From assembly GCF_004010195.1 (NCBI RefSeq), contig NC_057739.1:35972163-36036162 (forward strand): DNA of 64,000 bases, in the 5' to 3' direction. Shown here piece by piece: positions 1 through 12,966 of the stretch. The translations under genes were made by a program, and so were the position numbers. How positions within the stretch are numbered: position 1 is the first letter of the stretch; each line of letters begins with the position of its first letter. Source of the stretch: Chiloscyllium plagiosum (Eukaryota). Under the pieces are notes generated by a model. The model was not told the DNA's origin, did no database searches, and worked only from the letters and a program-made list of their open reading frames with translations.

Positions 1-745
1 AATGGAATCAATTTAGGTAAATGGGCAGTACAGAGAGATCTGGGTGTTCTTGTACACCAGTCAATGAATGCAAGCATGCAGGTACAGCAGGTAGTGAAGA
101 AGGCTAATAGCATGCTGGCCTTCATAACAAGAGGAATTGAGTATAGTAGCAAAGAGGTGCTTCTGCAGCTGTACAGGGCCCTGGTGAGACCACACCTGGA
201 GTACTGTGTGCAGTTCTGGTCTCCAAATTTGAGAAAAGACATTCTGGCTATTGCGGGAGTGCAGCGTAGGTTCACGAGGTCAATTCCTGGAATGGCGGGA
301 TTACCTTACACTGAAAGACTGAAGCGAATGGGCTTTTATACCCTTGAGTTTCGAAGATTGAGAGGGGATCTGATTGAGACGTATAAGATTATGAAAGGAT
401 TGGACACTCTGGCAGTAGGAAACATATTTCACTGATGTGTGAGTGCCGAACCAGAGGACACAGCTTAAAAATACGGGGTAGACCTTTTAGGACAGAGCTC
501 AGGAGAAACTTCTTCACCCAGTGAGTGGTGGCTGTGTGGAATGCTCTGCCCCAGAGGGCAGTGGAGGTCCACTCTCTGGATTCATTTAAGAAGGAGTTGG
601 ATAGAGCTCTCAAAGATAGTGGAATCAAGGGTTATGGAGATAAGGCAGGAACAGGATACTGATTAGGAATGATCAGCCATGATTATATTGAATGGCGGTG
701 CAGGCTCAAAGGGCTGAATGGCCTACTCCTGCACCTATTGTCTAT
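1..745 (+). mobile_element. CR1 LINE 3' portion (ORF2 C-terminus plus tail)
   Basis: ORF 64-435 contains LYRALVRPHLEYCVQFWSP...RLRGDLIETYKIMKG, the typical CR1 ORF2 end, followed by a 3' UTR ending cctattgtctat. Confidence 0.92.
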
Positions 746-829
746 TAACTCTTTCTCTACCTGCTCGTACCTTATACACTTTCTCAAAAGCATACCCATG
801 TTAAGTGATTCCACAACTGGACAGTTTTT

Positions 830-1497
830 AGAGTCATAGAGATAGACAGCATGGAAACAGACCCTTCCGTCCAACTCGTCCATGCCAACCAGATATCCTA
901 ACCTAATCTAGTCCCATTTGCCAGCGCTTGGCCTACATCCCTTGAAAACGCTTCCTATTCATATACCCTTCCAGATGTCTTTTAAATGCTGTAATTCTAT
1001 CAGCCTCCACCACTTCTTTTGGCAGCTCATTTGATACACGCACCACCCTCTACGTGGAAAAGTTGCCCCTTAGGTCTCTTTTATATCTTTCCCCTCTCAC
1101 CGTAAACCTATGCCCTCTAGTTCTGGACTCCCAGACCCCAGGGAAAAGACCTTGTCCTATCCCAGCCGCTTATGATTTTATAAACATCGAGAAAGGTCAC
1201 CCCTCAGCCTCCAATGCTCCAGGGAAAACAGCCCCACCCTAATCAGCCTCTCCCTATAGCTCAAACCCCCCAACCCTTGTAAATCTTTTCTGAATCCTTT
1301 CAGGTTTCACAACATTCTTCTGATAGGAAGGAGACCAGAATTGCACGCAATATTCCAAAAGTGGTCTAACCAATGTCCTGGACAGCCACAACATGATCTC
1401 TTAACCCCTATACTCAATGCTCTGACCAATAAAGGAAAGCATACCAAACACCACCTTCACTATGCTATCTACCTCCAACTCTACTTTCAAGGAACTA
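830..1497 (-). mobile_element. CR1 (HER1-like) 3' fragment
   Basis: Reverse-strand CR1 tail (gagtcatagagat...gaaacagacccttc) and ORF2 end; same family as 24108-24500, 34524-35010 and 40395-41502. Confidence 0.88.
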
Positions 1498-2214
1498 ATC
1501 CTCAGTGTGCAAAGAATTACACTGATAAAATTATTTAGGATTGTCAGTCATGTTTGCCCTGGAACACTTGTGTTTACTGGAAGTTACATATATTAGTACA
1601 CACTTTGTTCTGTGTAATTAAAACAAACATGTATGCATATTGAGTTTAAACTCAACAATATAAGTGACAGTTTTAATTTTGTTCATTTCTCAAGGCAATG
1701 TCTTGGCCAATCTGATTCAACCTACCTCATTCAAAATTGAAACAAAGTTTGGTGGTTAAATGTCAGTCACCTTTATTGCATTATTCATTGCAACACCCAA
1801 TACCAGAATCCACTTGCAAACTAATCAATATTCTTCTCTGACATTGGCATTGCATGCGAATTGGCCTGATGAGTTCAAGATAAAAAGCTTTGACAAAATG
1901 GATTTGATGCTCATTAAAAAATCATAAACAAGAATTTGAACCCATATATATGAAGTCAAAATTGCTTGTTTGGATGTTGTTTCTCTATTTCCTCCCAGTG
2001 ATTTTTGTGCTGCACATCCTAGCTTTAGCTGGTACTCTTTCATTCTGAGCATAGTGCAGCTTTCATCAGCCACCTAATGTGGTTTTGTCTAGTACACCCA
2101 CTACCTCTGCTTAATTCATCAATGAAGTTCCTGGAGGGAAGAGAAGCATTTTGAATCCATGGCCCAACAATAAGGGCTGTTCCTTTATTAGGCCGAATCA
2201 CCTAAAATAAGATC

Positions 2215-2470
2215 ACAAGACAATAAGAGAATCAGGAGTAGACCATTCAGCCCTTTGTTCCTGCTCCACCATTCAACAGGGTCATGGCTGATCCAACATT
2301 CCTCATGTCCAATTTCGTGCCCTTTTGCCATAACCCTTGATTCCCTGATTGATCAAGAATCTATCCATCTCAGCACTCATTAGAGACAAGGACTCGGCCT
2401 GCACTGCTCTCTGTGCTAACGAGTTCCAAAGATTCCTCCTCATCTCAGTATTAAATTTGCACCCCTTTAT
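2215..2470 (-). mobile_element. CR1 3' fragment
   Basis: Minus translation NLWNSLAQRAVQAESL...EMDRFLINQGIKGYG matches the CR1 ORF2 terminus. Confidence 0.8.
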
Positions 2471-2704
2471 TCCTGGAAGTCCCAACAGACCAGATGGGAG
2501 CATGAAAACAGAACACGCCATCCTGGCCTAGTCACCAGGGTTGCCACCAGAGTTAAAGTCATCTGGAGGAATACATAGTATTGAGGGAAAAGGTTGATGA
2601 CAGGCACAACGCTCCCAGAAGAAGTGCCACCATCTTCTCTCTAATACCTCACACTTACTCTAACATTGCTACTGTATCCACCTCACACTAATGTTCACTC
2701 TTTA

Positions 2705-2902
2705 CCCCAGAGGGCAGTAGAGGCCCAGTCTCTGGATTCATTTCAGAAAGAGTTGGATAGAGCTCTCAAAGATTGTGGAATCAAGGGTTATGGAGATAAG
2801 GCAGGAACAGGATACTGATTAAGGATGATCAGCCATGATCATATTGAATGGTGGTGCAGGCTCGAAGGGCAGAATGGCCTACTCCTGCACCTATTGTCTA
2901 TT
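2705..2902 (+). mobile_element. 5'-truncated CR1 tail, same subfamily as 1-745
   Basis: Near-identical to 549-745 (ccccagagggcagt...cctattgtctat). Confidence 0.85.
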
Positions 2903-4823
2903 CATGCTCCACTACTCTCACTATTGTCTACGGCATCCCTCACTTGCTTGTATCTTTCCCAGTCTCTGAGACCAACAGCCCTGGGTGCCTTCTATGTTGT
3001 CTACTCACTCGCTCGGGACACCTCCCAACTTGCACTAAAAGCAGATGTACAACCAACTTACACTTTCTTTAATAACTGCCTCTCTCTCATTACATGAGGA
3101 AGACAACACACAATAGGACAGAAAATGTGAAGACAATTAGTGGGATGTGCCACATTCAGCTCCTCACCCTCCCATGCAGGTCATGGGCTGGTATTGGAAA
3201 CCACAATAGACTTACTGTGCCAGGATCTCTTGAGCAATTGTTATCCTCCTTGACTTGACTAAGGCTTGCTGACAATCATGACAAGCTTTTTTCCTTTGTA
3301 TCTGCGCTAAATGGCAAAGCAAGACAGAAATAATATGAGCCTGGTATCTCTAGCTGAGGGAGCAATGCGTAAAAAGGCAAACCAAGTTGGTGCAAAGCAG
3401 GGACACCGTGAAAAACAGGAGGAGGCAGTAAGAAGTGACCAAGGAGGATTCTGGGAGAAAGTGTTCAGTTAGCACACTGCCAACAAGATCATGGAGAGCC
3501 CAGTATCAAAGAACAGTGGGTAAAAAGGGAGGAAGTATAATAGTCTTGGTTAAAAATAGTGCCATTGTCCTTGAGTGAAATGCAATTCCGGAATTAGAAT
3601 TTATATGCTTGGAGGCAAGAAATAGGAAGGGACTGATAACCTTGCTGGGTATTTATTATGGACCTCCAAATAGTCAGAAATAGAAGAGAGCATTTGTAGG
3701 CAGTTAATAATAATCTGCAGGACAAGAAGGATTGTAATAGTTAGTGATTTCAATTACCCTAAGTTGGACTAGGAAAGAGGTAGAGTGTGGAGTATGGAAG
3801 GGGAGATATTCCTGTAATATGTACAGAAGGATTTTCTGGAATGGTACATCTCCAGTCCTATCAGGGAGGGAGTAGTGCTGGATCTGGACCTAGGAAATGA
3901 GGCAGGTCAAGTGGAGAATATCAGAGTGAGGGAGCATTTAGGAAATAGCAATCATACCATAATAAGGTTCAATATTAAATTAGCTAATATAAAAAAATCA
4001 GTCTATGATTAAGATCCCAGACTGGAAAAGGGCAAATTTTAGGGGTCTAAAAGTTGAACTGGAGCATGTTAATTGGAATTGTATTTTGGTGGATAAAACA
4101 GCGGACTAAAAATGGGAGAACTTCAAATGAGAGACGAATAGGGTGCAAGATAGATACACACCTATAAGAAATCAATGTAGGGTGTCCGAAGCTAGAGTAC
4201 CTTGAATGACTAAGGATATTAATGAGAAAATAAGGAAGAAAAAGGAGGCACATGATGTATACCAAAATAATATCAATACAAATCAGGAAGAATCTCTCAA
4301 ACGCAGAAGACACAAATACTAAAATGTTCTTCAAAAATATTAACAGTAAAATATTAGTGAAGGATGAAGTGTAGCCCGTAAAGAACAAGCAGGGTAAACT
4401 GTTCAGTAAAGCACAAGAATGTGACAGAGGTACCAAATCAATATTTTGCTTTTGTCTTTACCAAATTAGGAGATGGTGACAATGGCTTAGTTGAAAAACT
4501 GAGCAGTACAGTGACAGATAAAGAACAGATGGTAAAAAGGCTGACAGCACTCGATGTCACCAGGTCTTGATGGGATGTATCTTAGATCACTGAGAGACGT
4601 AAGAAAGCAAATCATGAAACTATTGATAGAAATTTTCCAGGCCTATCTGAATATCGGATTAGTCCCAGGGGACGGAGGATTGCAAATGTGACACCACTGT
4701 TTAAGAAAGGAACTACAGACCTATCAGCTTGAAATCAATGGTAGGGAAACTGATGGGAAAATGGTGGTGAGGCCATAATAACGAAATGAGGTAAATAGAG
4801 AAAAAGAAGTCAATACTCAAGTC

Positions 4824-5480
4824 TGGGCGGCATGCTGGCTCAGTGGTTAGCACTGCTGCCTCACAACACCAGGGATCCGGGTTCAATTCCCGCCTCGGGC
4901 TTTCAGGGTACTAGGACCCGTTGGGCATAGCCTTAGAATGAGATGGGGGTCAATTTAGAACGGAAATGAGGAGACATTTCTTCAGCCAGAGAGTGGTGGG
5001 CCTGTGGAATTCATTGCCATGGAGCGCAGTAGAGGCCGGACATTAAATATATTCAAGGCAGAGATTGATAAATTTGTAATCTCACAGGAATTAAGGGATA
5101 CGGGGGAGAGTGCAGGTAAGTGGTGTTGAAATGCCCATCAGCCATGATTGAATGGTGGAGTGGTCTCGATGGGCTGAATGGCATTAATTTTACTCCTATT
5201 TCTTATGGTTTTATGGTCTTAATTGTTTGTGTGGAGTTTGCACATTCTCCCCATGCCTGCATGGGTTTCCTCCGGGTGTTCCGGTTTCCTCCCACAGTGC
5301 AAAGGTGTGCAGATCAGGTAAGTTGGCCATGCTAAATTGCCCTAGTGTTAGATGCATTAGTCAGGGGTAAATATAGGGTAGGGGAATGGGTCTGGGTGGG
5401 TTAGTCTTCGGAGGGTCAGTGTGGACTTGTTGGGCCAAATGGCTTGTTTCCATACTGTAGGGAATCTAATCTAATCTAAT
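4824..5480 (+). mobile_element. HE1-type tRNA-derived SINE split by a CR1 3' fragment (about 4900-5220)
   Basis: Head gggcggcatgctggctcagtggttagc...ggttcaattcc (A/B boxes); the body resumes at about 5222 and ends in (aatct)n. Confidence 0.85.
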
Positions 5481-5738
5481 CAACATGGCTTTGTCAATTC
5501 TTGGTCATCTCCGACAAATTTAACTATGTTCTTTGACACAGTGATATAGGTACTGGATGAGGATAGTGTTGTGGATGTTGAATAGTTAAACTATCAAAAA
5601 GCATCTGATCCTGTGCCACATGGCAAGTTGGTTAGCAAATCAGAAATCGTTGAGATTTTGTGCATTGCTCAGATTGGAGAAAAAGTGAGTGGTGGTCCCC
5701 AGGGATCAGTGTTGGTACTCTTGCTTTTTCTTATTTAA

Positions 5739-5876
5739 TAGAGGAACCTTAATTAACCGAAGGACATGGGTATTTCATTTGGGGTTAATCGAATTCCAGA
5801 TAATCTAATGCCGGTTAACATAGTTTAGCTGAACTTTGAGACATTGCGATCTTGCCGGTTAATCCAGGTGCCTCTG
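5739..5876. mobile_element. Short Tc1/pogo (Tigger-like) MITE inside the CR1
   Basis: Imperfect terminal inverted repeats tagaggaaccttaattaaccg ... cggttaatccaggtgcctctg followed by TA; interrupts the CR1 RT region. Confidence 0.6.
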
Positions 5877-7415
5877 TATAAACTATTTGGAGATGAGTGT
5901 TGAGTGCAAAATCTTTAAATTTGCAGATGGTACTAAGCTAGGGAGACCAGTGAATTATGAGGATAATGTTGAGTGACTTCAGAGGGAAATTGACAAATTG
6001 GCCAAATGGGCAGACAGCTGGTAGATGAAATTCCATGCAGTGAAATCTGAGGAAATGCATTTTGGTAAAAGAAACACAGAAAGACAATATCATCTCAATG
6101 GTACAACTTTCATATGCATGATGCCCTGAAGGAAACCAGGCAAGTTGAAACAGTTGTTAAGGCAGTTTACAGGATCCTTACATTTATAAAAACAGGACCT
6201 AAATAATAAAAGAAAGCTACACCTCTACAAGTCATTTGTCAGACCACTTTTGAAGTATAGTGTTCAGTTCTGGGCACTGATTTAAGGAAGAAAGTTAAGG
6301 ACCTGGAGAGAGTTCAAAGAAGATTTACTAGAATGAGGGAATTTTAGATACAAGGAAAGACTGGAGAAATTAAACTTTTTCACCTTGGAGCAGAGAAGAT
6401 TAAGAGGTGATCTTATCAAGGTTTCAAAATTATGAACAATTTTGACAGGGTAAAGAAGGATATTTTGTTTTCACTAGTTGGCATGTCAGTAACTAAGGGT
6501 TACAATTTCAAAATTGTCAGCAAAAGAGCTAGCAGGGAAATGAGGAAGAATTCTTTTCTCAGGAAGTTGCTGGATTTGGAATGTAGTGCCTGGGAGAGTG
6601 GTGGAGGTGGACTCCATAGGAAGTTTCAAAAGAGAGCTGGATCTATATATTCGAAAGTGGTGAGTTTAGATGGCTACAGATATAGAGCGAAAGAATTGGA
6701 TTAGATAGGTAGCTCTTTCTGGAGCCAGCAGAGACACAATGGGTCAAACGGCCTTCTTCTGTACTGTAAATTTTGATGATTCTCTACCTTTAGAGTGAGT
6801 GAGCACTCTGACAGCAAGTGAAGAGCTGAGAGATGCAATCTGGTGCAGTCCATGAGCTAGATAAGTACAAATTGTCCTGACTGCAGCATTATAATTATTG
6901 TTGCCAGTGCCACATTGAAGTGCAGGAGAGTCCTATAAGTGAATCGGAGATGTGCCATGAGGGTTGTTAGAGGCTGGCAAATCTTGGATACCAATGTCTC
7001 TGTGGCCAGTGCCACAGATTTTGATGTGTGGTGTTCAACACGGTGGTTGTTTGGAGCAAACAGCAAGCTGAATCTGTAAGGTGCCTGCATGTTTCCATGT
7101 TGCGTTTTCATCCAGCTTGTTTCACAAGTTTGGTAAGATAGAAAGCTAAATATTAACAAGATGAATTGGGCCATTAACAAGGCATTTAACATGCTTTAAT
7201 TACTGTCAGTTGGCAACTCACTGCTGCCTAGCAAGACACTCGCCATGCCACTAGAGAAAAACATAAAAGATACGCAATATGCGTCTGGCCAGACTTCTCA
7301 ACTGATTCTGCCACACATCTCACCATGGTACACATCGCTTAGACTGCTGTAGATTTCATTTGATGCCTGACATCTGCACACACATTCAGATAATCAAGAT
7401 TCCTCTGTATTTGGA

Positions 7416-7990
7416 ACTTCAAGCTTTGGAACACTGCTCCTTCATCAGGTAGCTAATGGAGTAAGATCATAGGACGCAGAATTTGTAGCAATAGATCATA
7501 GTGTCATACACCGATGCAATATATTGAACAAACAGACTGTTGTTAAGATTTTCATCTTTTAGCTCCCACTGATTAGGTGATGCTAGAGTTATGATATAAT
7601 TTCACAGTCATCAGCACTGAATGACTGAACGCTGATATCCTGTGATATGCTGCAGTATAAATGGGACAGTTTCTGCCATCTATTGATTTGGATGATCAGT
7701 TTTTTTTAAACCCAGACTTGAAAGTGAATAATGCTTTGATTTGTTATCGAATTAAACTGGTCATACCAACAGTAATGGAAACAACCATTCTAAAAGATGA
7801 AAGACTTAACAGCAATCTAGGTTTGTTCAATATATTGCACCAGTATATGACATTATGATCTTTTGCTATAAATTCTATATCCTATGATCATACTCCACGA
7901 GCTACCTGACGAAGGAGCAGTGCTCCAAAAGTTTGTACTTTCAAATAAACCTGTTGGACTATAATCTGATGTTGTGTGATCTTTAACTTT
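7416..7990. mobile_element. Penelope-like fold-back remnant (inverted arms about 7416-7561 and 7790-7935) with decayed hammerhead cores
   Basis: The arms are reverse complements. The right arm has ctgacga-aggagc-agt-gctcc-aaaag and the aataaacctgttggactataatctgatgttgtgtga tail; about 230 bp of unrelated spacer. Confidence 0.7.
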
Positions 7991-8599
7991 AAATGAGTTG
8001 GATGAGCTCATTTGTTAGTGTACAACTAGTAGCTGCTCTGTTTAAATTTTAGTTTCATATAAACACAAATCAATTTCAACATTTGAGCTGCGTACAACCT
8101 GTCACTTTGATGCAACAAAGCAAAGAAAAATTAATTTCACAGCAATTCATTAAGACAGAATGGACAAGTATATCCACGTATCTTTTGGACAATGCAGGAA
8201 TTCTTTTAATTAAGAGATGTAACCAATGAAGAATCATGACTTTAGAATTGGCACTCAAAACAGAGCCACCAATCATAGTTACATATTGATCTATTCCTCT
8301 TTTGTAATGAAATAATATATTTTAAAACCATGCTAAAAACAGCAAGTTATTCATTTTAAAACACTGAATTTTAGACAAAGTTGAGACAAATGTCCCAGAA
8401 TTTCATCATGACGATCCTGGACCAGCATTCTGTGCACATAACAACACAAAAAATAATGCAAGAAAGGTAATTACATTTGTTTTACATCGTGGAATTACTC
8501 CCTATTGAAGATTTTTGGTTAGACTTTATACTATGATGCAAATTTTCACCTATGGTGCCAAAATTACAGCTCCTACCTTACAAAAAAAGCATTGAACAC

Positions 8600-9000
8600 A
8601 CTGAGCTCATCAAATATTTTGGTCACCTAGTCCTGCATAACACAGAAGTGTTAGTTGAGAAACTGATGTGAAATGAGATTCAGAGTCAATCAAAATCAAT
8701 GCAGTTCTCACCTCCAAGTTCACAGATGCTTACCAAAACTTAACTACAAGTTTACTATTGAACTTCTTTGATAACCTTCATCTGTTACTTCAGATGAAAG
8801 AGTTTGCATTCAAACTAATATTGTGGTTTATTTTCAATGTCAGCATGCTTAGTATTGAAGTGGTGTTTTAGTTTATTTGATTTCACACCATCTTGAGCAA
8901 GACATTTCAACATAAATGGCATATCACGGTGACAACTTTTTGTCAGATCAGAAAGTATGTATTCCAAGTCCAAATAGGTAAAACCATTTCCCCTGTTTCT
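8600..9000 (-). mobile_element. Decayed hAT (Charlie/Buster-type) transposase N-terminal fragment
   Basis: Minus ORF contains CLAQDGVKSNKLKHHFNTKHADIENKPQY, resembling the Buster/ZBED5-type LSNESMKPSKLKRHLETKH...KP segment. Boundaries approximate. Confidence 0.6.
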
Positions 9001-9493
9001 CCTTTTCCTGCCTCCAATTGCCCCTACACAGAATCCACCATTCTCAAGTTTTGGCTTCAAAAATGTGCATGGCATTCCTTCATAAATATCAAACATCAAA
9101 AGTCACAGTCACTTTAGTCATACTGCATACTGCACAGTAACATCATGTACAACACCAGTAATACTCAAAACAATACATAAAAAGGAAGTGCACCAGAAAC
9201 AGCTCAGATTAGTCCATTTTCTACTTCGAGAAACCACCAGAATTTCAGACATTTCATGCTGTTACTCGATCACTCTATATCAATCTGCTAAACCTAAGCT
9301 TGCTTGGTACCTTTAAAAAAACTTCAGTCTTTCGATGCATCTCCTCTGGCTATGTAATAGTGCATCAGTGACAATCTATCATGGCCAGTGTGTGTCCTCC
9401 TGTTCTAGCCAATAACCTTGATTGTCCAAAACAGAGACTTCCAATTGACTAACTCCTTTATGCTTCCCTCCCTATAGGATCACCCACCAGATG

Positions 9494-10091
9494 GGCAAAA
9501 GTGAAGACTGCAGATGCTGGAGATTAGAGTCAAGATTAGGGTGGTGCTAGAAAAGCACAGCAGGTCAGGCAGCATCCGAGGAGCAGGAAAATCGATGTTT
9601 CGGGCAGAAGCCCTTCATCAGGAATGACTCAATAAAAGTTCCGTCTTGCTGCTTGCTGGCCCAGGTGGCTCTGCATGTGCTCTGCTGGACTTCACCCCAA
9701 ATAAAGATGGTAGTCATATAAGCAACTGCTGCACTTTGGCTCTGATATAGATGGTAACTACATATGTGCCCAGCTACATAGGTGGTGGCTGTTTAAATGA
9801 GGCTGTCGCCAAAAGAATTCCTGCATTTGCTACACTGCTTGGAAGCAAAAATGGGAACAGTAGCTTTTTATTTGTGACATAGGGCCTTCACTGGATATTT
9901 ATGAACCATACCCCTATCCCTATGCCATGGTACAATGCTCTCTTCCACAGAGAAAAAGCAGGACAAGGGCTTGGTAGGCCACCACTTCATCATTCCTGAT
10001 GAAGGACCCCTGCCCGAAACGTCGATTTTCCTGCTCCTCGGATGCTGCCTGACTTGCTGTGCTTTTCAGCACCACTCTAATCTTGACTCAG
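9494..10091. mobile_element. Penelope-like inverted-arm insertion enclosing a copy of nearby sequence
   Basis: Arms 9494-9625 (minus) and about 9991-10088 (plus), each with a hammerhead core. TSD cccaccagatg at 9483-9493 and 10092-10102. The filler 9626-9988 is the reverse complement of 10410-10755. Confidence 0.85.
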
Positions 10092-10149
10092 CCCACCAGA
10101 TGACCTATTTTGGATTAAGAACATAAAAAACAAGAATATCAATGTCCAC

Positions 10150-10206
10150 TATATGTCATAATATGTCATAATATGTCATAAAATGTCATAAAATGTCATA
10201 AAATGT
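10150..10206. repeat. 10-bp tandem repeat (A[T/A]ATGTCATA) x about 5
   Basis: atatgtcata x3, then aaatgtcata x2. Confidence 0.9.
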
Positions 10207-11136
10207 GTTAAAGAAATTGTTGCAAACTATTCTGTATGGCTACCTTTGTATTTCACGACAATTAATACTGCAATTCCTTCAAAACTTCTTTTTAAAAACT
10301 TTAAATCAACATTTCCCAAAGTGTGGATCACATAAGGATTTCAGAAACAGCAAATGGGATCATAAGCTCCCCTTCCAACAAGACTGGGTCCTACACTATA
10401 CTGAAAGTCGAAGTGGTGGCCAGCCAAGATCTTGTCCTTATTTTTTCTCTGTGGAAGAGAGCTTGGGACCAGGGCATAGGGGTAGGGTTAGGGGTATGGT
10501 TCATAAATAGCCAGTGAAGGCCTTAAATAAGAATCTACTGTTCCCACTTTTGCTTCCAAGCAGTGTAGCAAATGCAGGAATTCCTTTGGCGACAGCCTCA
10601 CTTAAACAGCCACCACCTATGTAGCTGGGCACATGTGTAGTTACTATCTATATCAGGGACAAAGTGTATCAGTTGCTTATTTGGGGTGAAATGCATCAGA
10701 GCACATGCAGAGCCACCTGGGCCAGCAAGCAGCAAGACAGAACTTTTATTGAGTCTTCTGTCATGGGAGAATATGGAGAGATTCACTGAAACCTAAGTAC
10801 ATAAAATAGTAACATTTAAAAGTATATTAAAACTTACATTTTCATACTTACGATGCATTTTTTCATCTATAATATGAAAACTTTAATAAGTACGTACTGA
10901 ATATCACTATGCTACATTATTTTTGTTTTGGTTTTGTTGTCATCAGAGATCAGATTAATTTGCAAATGTAAAAGGGAATCATACTAGAAAAATAGATTGG
11001 GCGCTTTAAATCTTGCCTCCTCCTAGGATGGACTTATTATTCACAAAAGAGCTGGGATAGGATCCAGATAACTGATTTAGAGGTAGCAAGACTGATAATG
11101 CAAGGACAGCCTTATCTAGGAATAAAAACAATGAAA

Positions 11137-11403
11137 ATCAATTCCAGCCTCGGGCGACTGTCTGTGTAGAGTTTGCATATCCTCCCCATGTCTGCATGGG
11201 TTTCCTCCGGGTACTCTAGTTTCCTCCCACAATCCAAAGATGTGCAGGTCAGGTGATTTAACCATGCTAAATTGCCCATAATGTTAGGTGCATTAGTTAG
11301 GGATAAATGTAGGGGATTTGGTGTGGATGGGTTACTCTTCAGAGGGTCAGTGTGGACTTGTTGGGTCGAATGGCCTGTTTACACACTGTAGGGAATCTAA
11401 TCT
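11137..11403 (+). mobile_element. 5'-truncated HE1-type SINE
   Basis: Begins at tcaattccagcctcgggcgactg and ends in aatctaatct. Confidence 0.85.
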
Positions 11404-12279
11404 GAACATGATTAAGAAGGTATTCAAACCTACTGCCTATCACCCCCCCTAAAAAACACCCACTGTTGATACAGTTGTTGACAGTTTCACTCGATAATTT
11501 AAACCAATTCCTTTTCTTTTTACAGATTACCTTTGTACTTGGTTATAGAATAGAGCTAGTTTTCCAGCATAATATCTTACCTTAATTAGGAATAAGTGGA
11601 GGCAGTTAGCTTTACTCTTCCTTTAGAAGGATTATGGCAATTTTAGGGAAAGCAGGTGTCTCGATATACTTAAGGCACTTTAGATGCTTCACAGCTTTTT
11701 AACTGTATACTGCATGTCCATCTGCCTCACCTATGTTGGTGAGAGGCAAATAGATAACCAAAATAAAAGATTTTCTTTTAAAAACTCTTACATCCTCCAT
11801 AGAGATTAATTAAAAATAAAGGAATTCCCAAATGACCAATGGAAATAACCGAAGGACAGGATTTCACATTTGAAGACCTTATGTAACCAGTAAACAAATA
11901 TCAATTTGGAGCAAGTATCAATTAATGGGCAGTTAATTGTAATTAGGGTGTACAATATATTATAATTTGGGAATTTAGATTTTTAAATGGAGATGGGTGG
12001 ATATTGGTTTTAGTTCTGTGAAGATAACCTTTAAAAAAAATACATCATTTCCAAAAATGTCACATGACCTATTGAGCCTCATGTGAACTACCAAATGTAA
12101 TCAACAGAAAAATAAAGCTTACGATCTATCAAGCCAGATTTTATTCAGGGATTTGACTTGTTCAGTATTACCATCAACTGATAAATACACTAAACTAAAG
12201 GTATTTCTACATTAAACAATGCAATTGCAAGATGTCTTACAACTCCTTTTGCTTCTGACAGAAGTGTAACCTTACACAA

Positions 12280-12966
12280 TGTTATGACAAGAGGTAAACC
12301 CCCTCTGTTAATTTTAAACCAGCAACACAGACAAGATTTATCCCGTGTGGTAATCTGTGAAAATTCAAAGAGGCCAAGAACTAGTCAAAGTAAAAAGTAA
12401 CAATTTTATTTCTTAAAGTATAACAGAGAATAATTAGCTAACAACTATTTACAACTCCTTCCTCTAACCTATCATATATTTTCCCTTTTAAAAACTAGTC
12501 CGATAAAACCCCCAATTAAAATTTATAAAAATTCTAAGTTCAAAACCAGCCAGTTGTCAAATCTTGGTATCTTCTGCTATAGATTTTCTTCTTCTTAGTA
12601 TTTCTATTTCACAGGTTACTGATCAATAAAGGTACCTCTATGAAAGCTATTTTTCAGACAACGTTGGTGGCTTAGTAGTTGTCTCTCAACTGTTCAAGTT
12701 TTCCTGGTCTTATACCCCAAAGTATCAGAATGTGTCATTTGCTTTTAATATTGTCAATATACTAAATTCAAATTTGATTAGAGTTTGGTATTTTTGGGGG
12801 TAAATTTAAACTGGTTGGCCGCATTTGAATTTGTTTTTGTTTCCAGGCAACCAGCTACTCTAGCTGCTGGACCACATGTTACATTGTAAATTCTCCAGCA
12901 CTCTGTGTGCCTCTCTAAGTCCTTCACTGCCTTCAAGGAACAGTACAATTCTGCACCTTCATAACA
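12280..12966 (-). mobile_element. Probable solo LTR (Gypsy-like), about 690 bp
   Basis: Inverted termini TGTTATGA...TCATAACA. On the minus strand a TATA-like ggggtataag (about 12709-12718) precedes AATAAA (about 12405). No clean TSD. Confidence 0.65.

Larger units (their letters stand above)
3540..6785 (+). mobile_element. Long degenerate CR1 ORF2 (APE endonuclease, RT, tail), interrupted by a SINE, a CR1 fragment and a MITE
   Basis: Endonuclease-like LLGIYYGPPNSQ (about 3642-3677) and VIVSDFNYP (about 3733-3760). ANVTPLFKKG about 4682, PQGS about 5697, FADGTKL about 5920, C-terminus about 6200-6700. Many stops and frameshifts. Confidence 0.85.
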
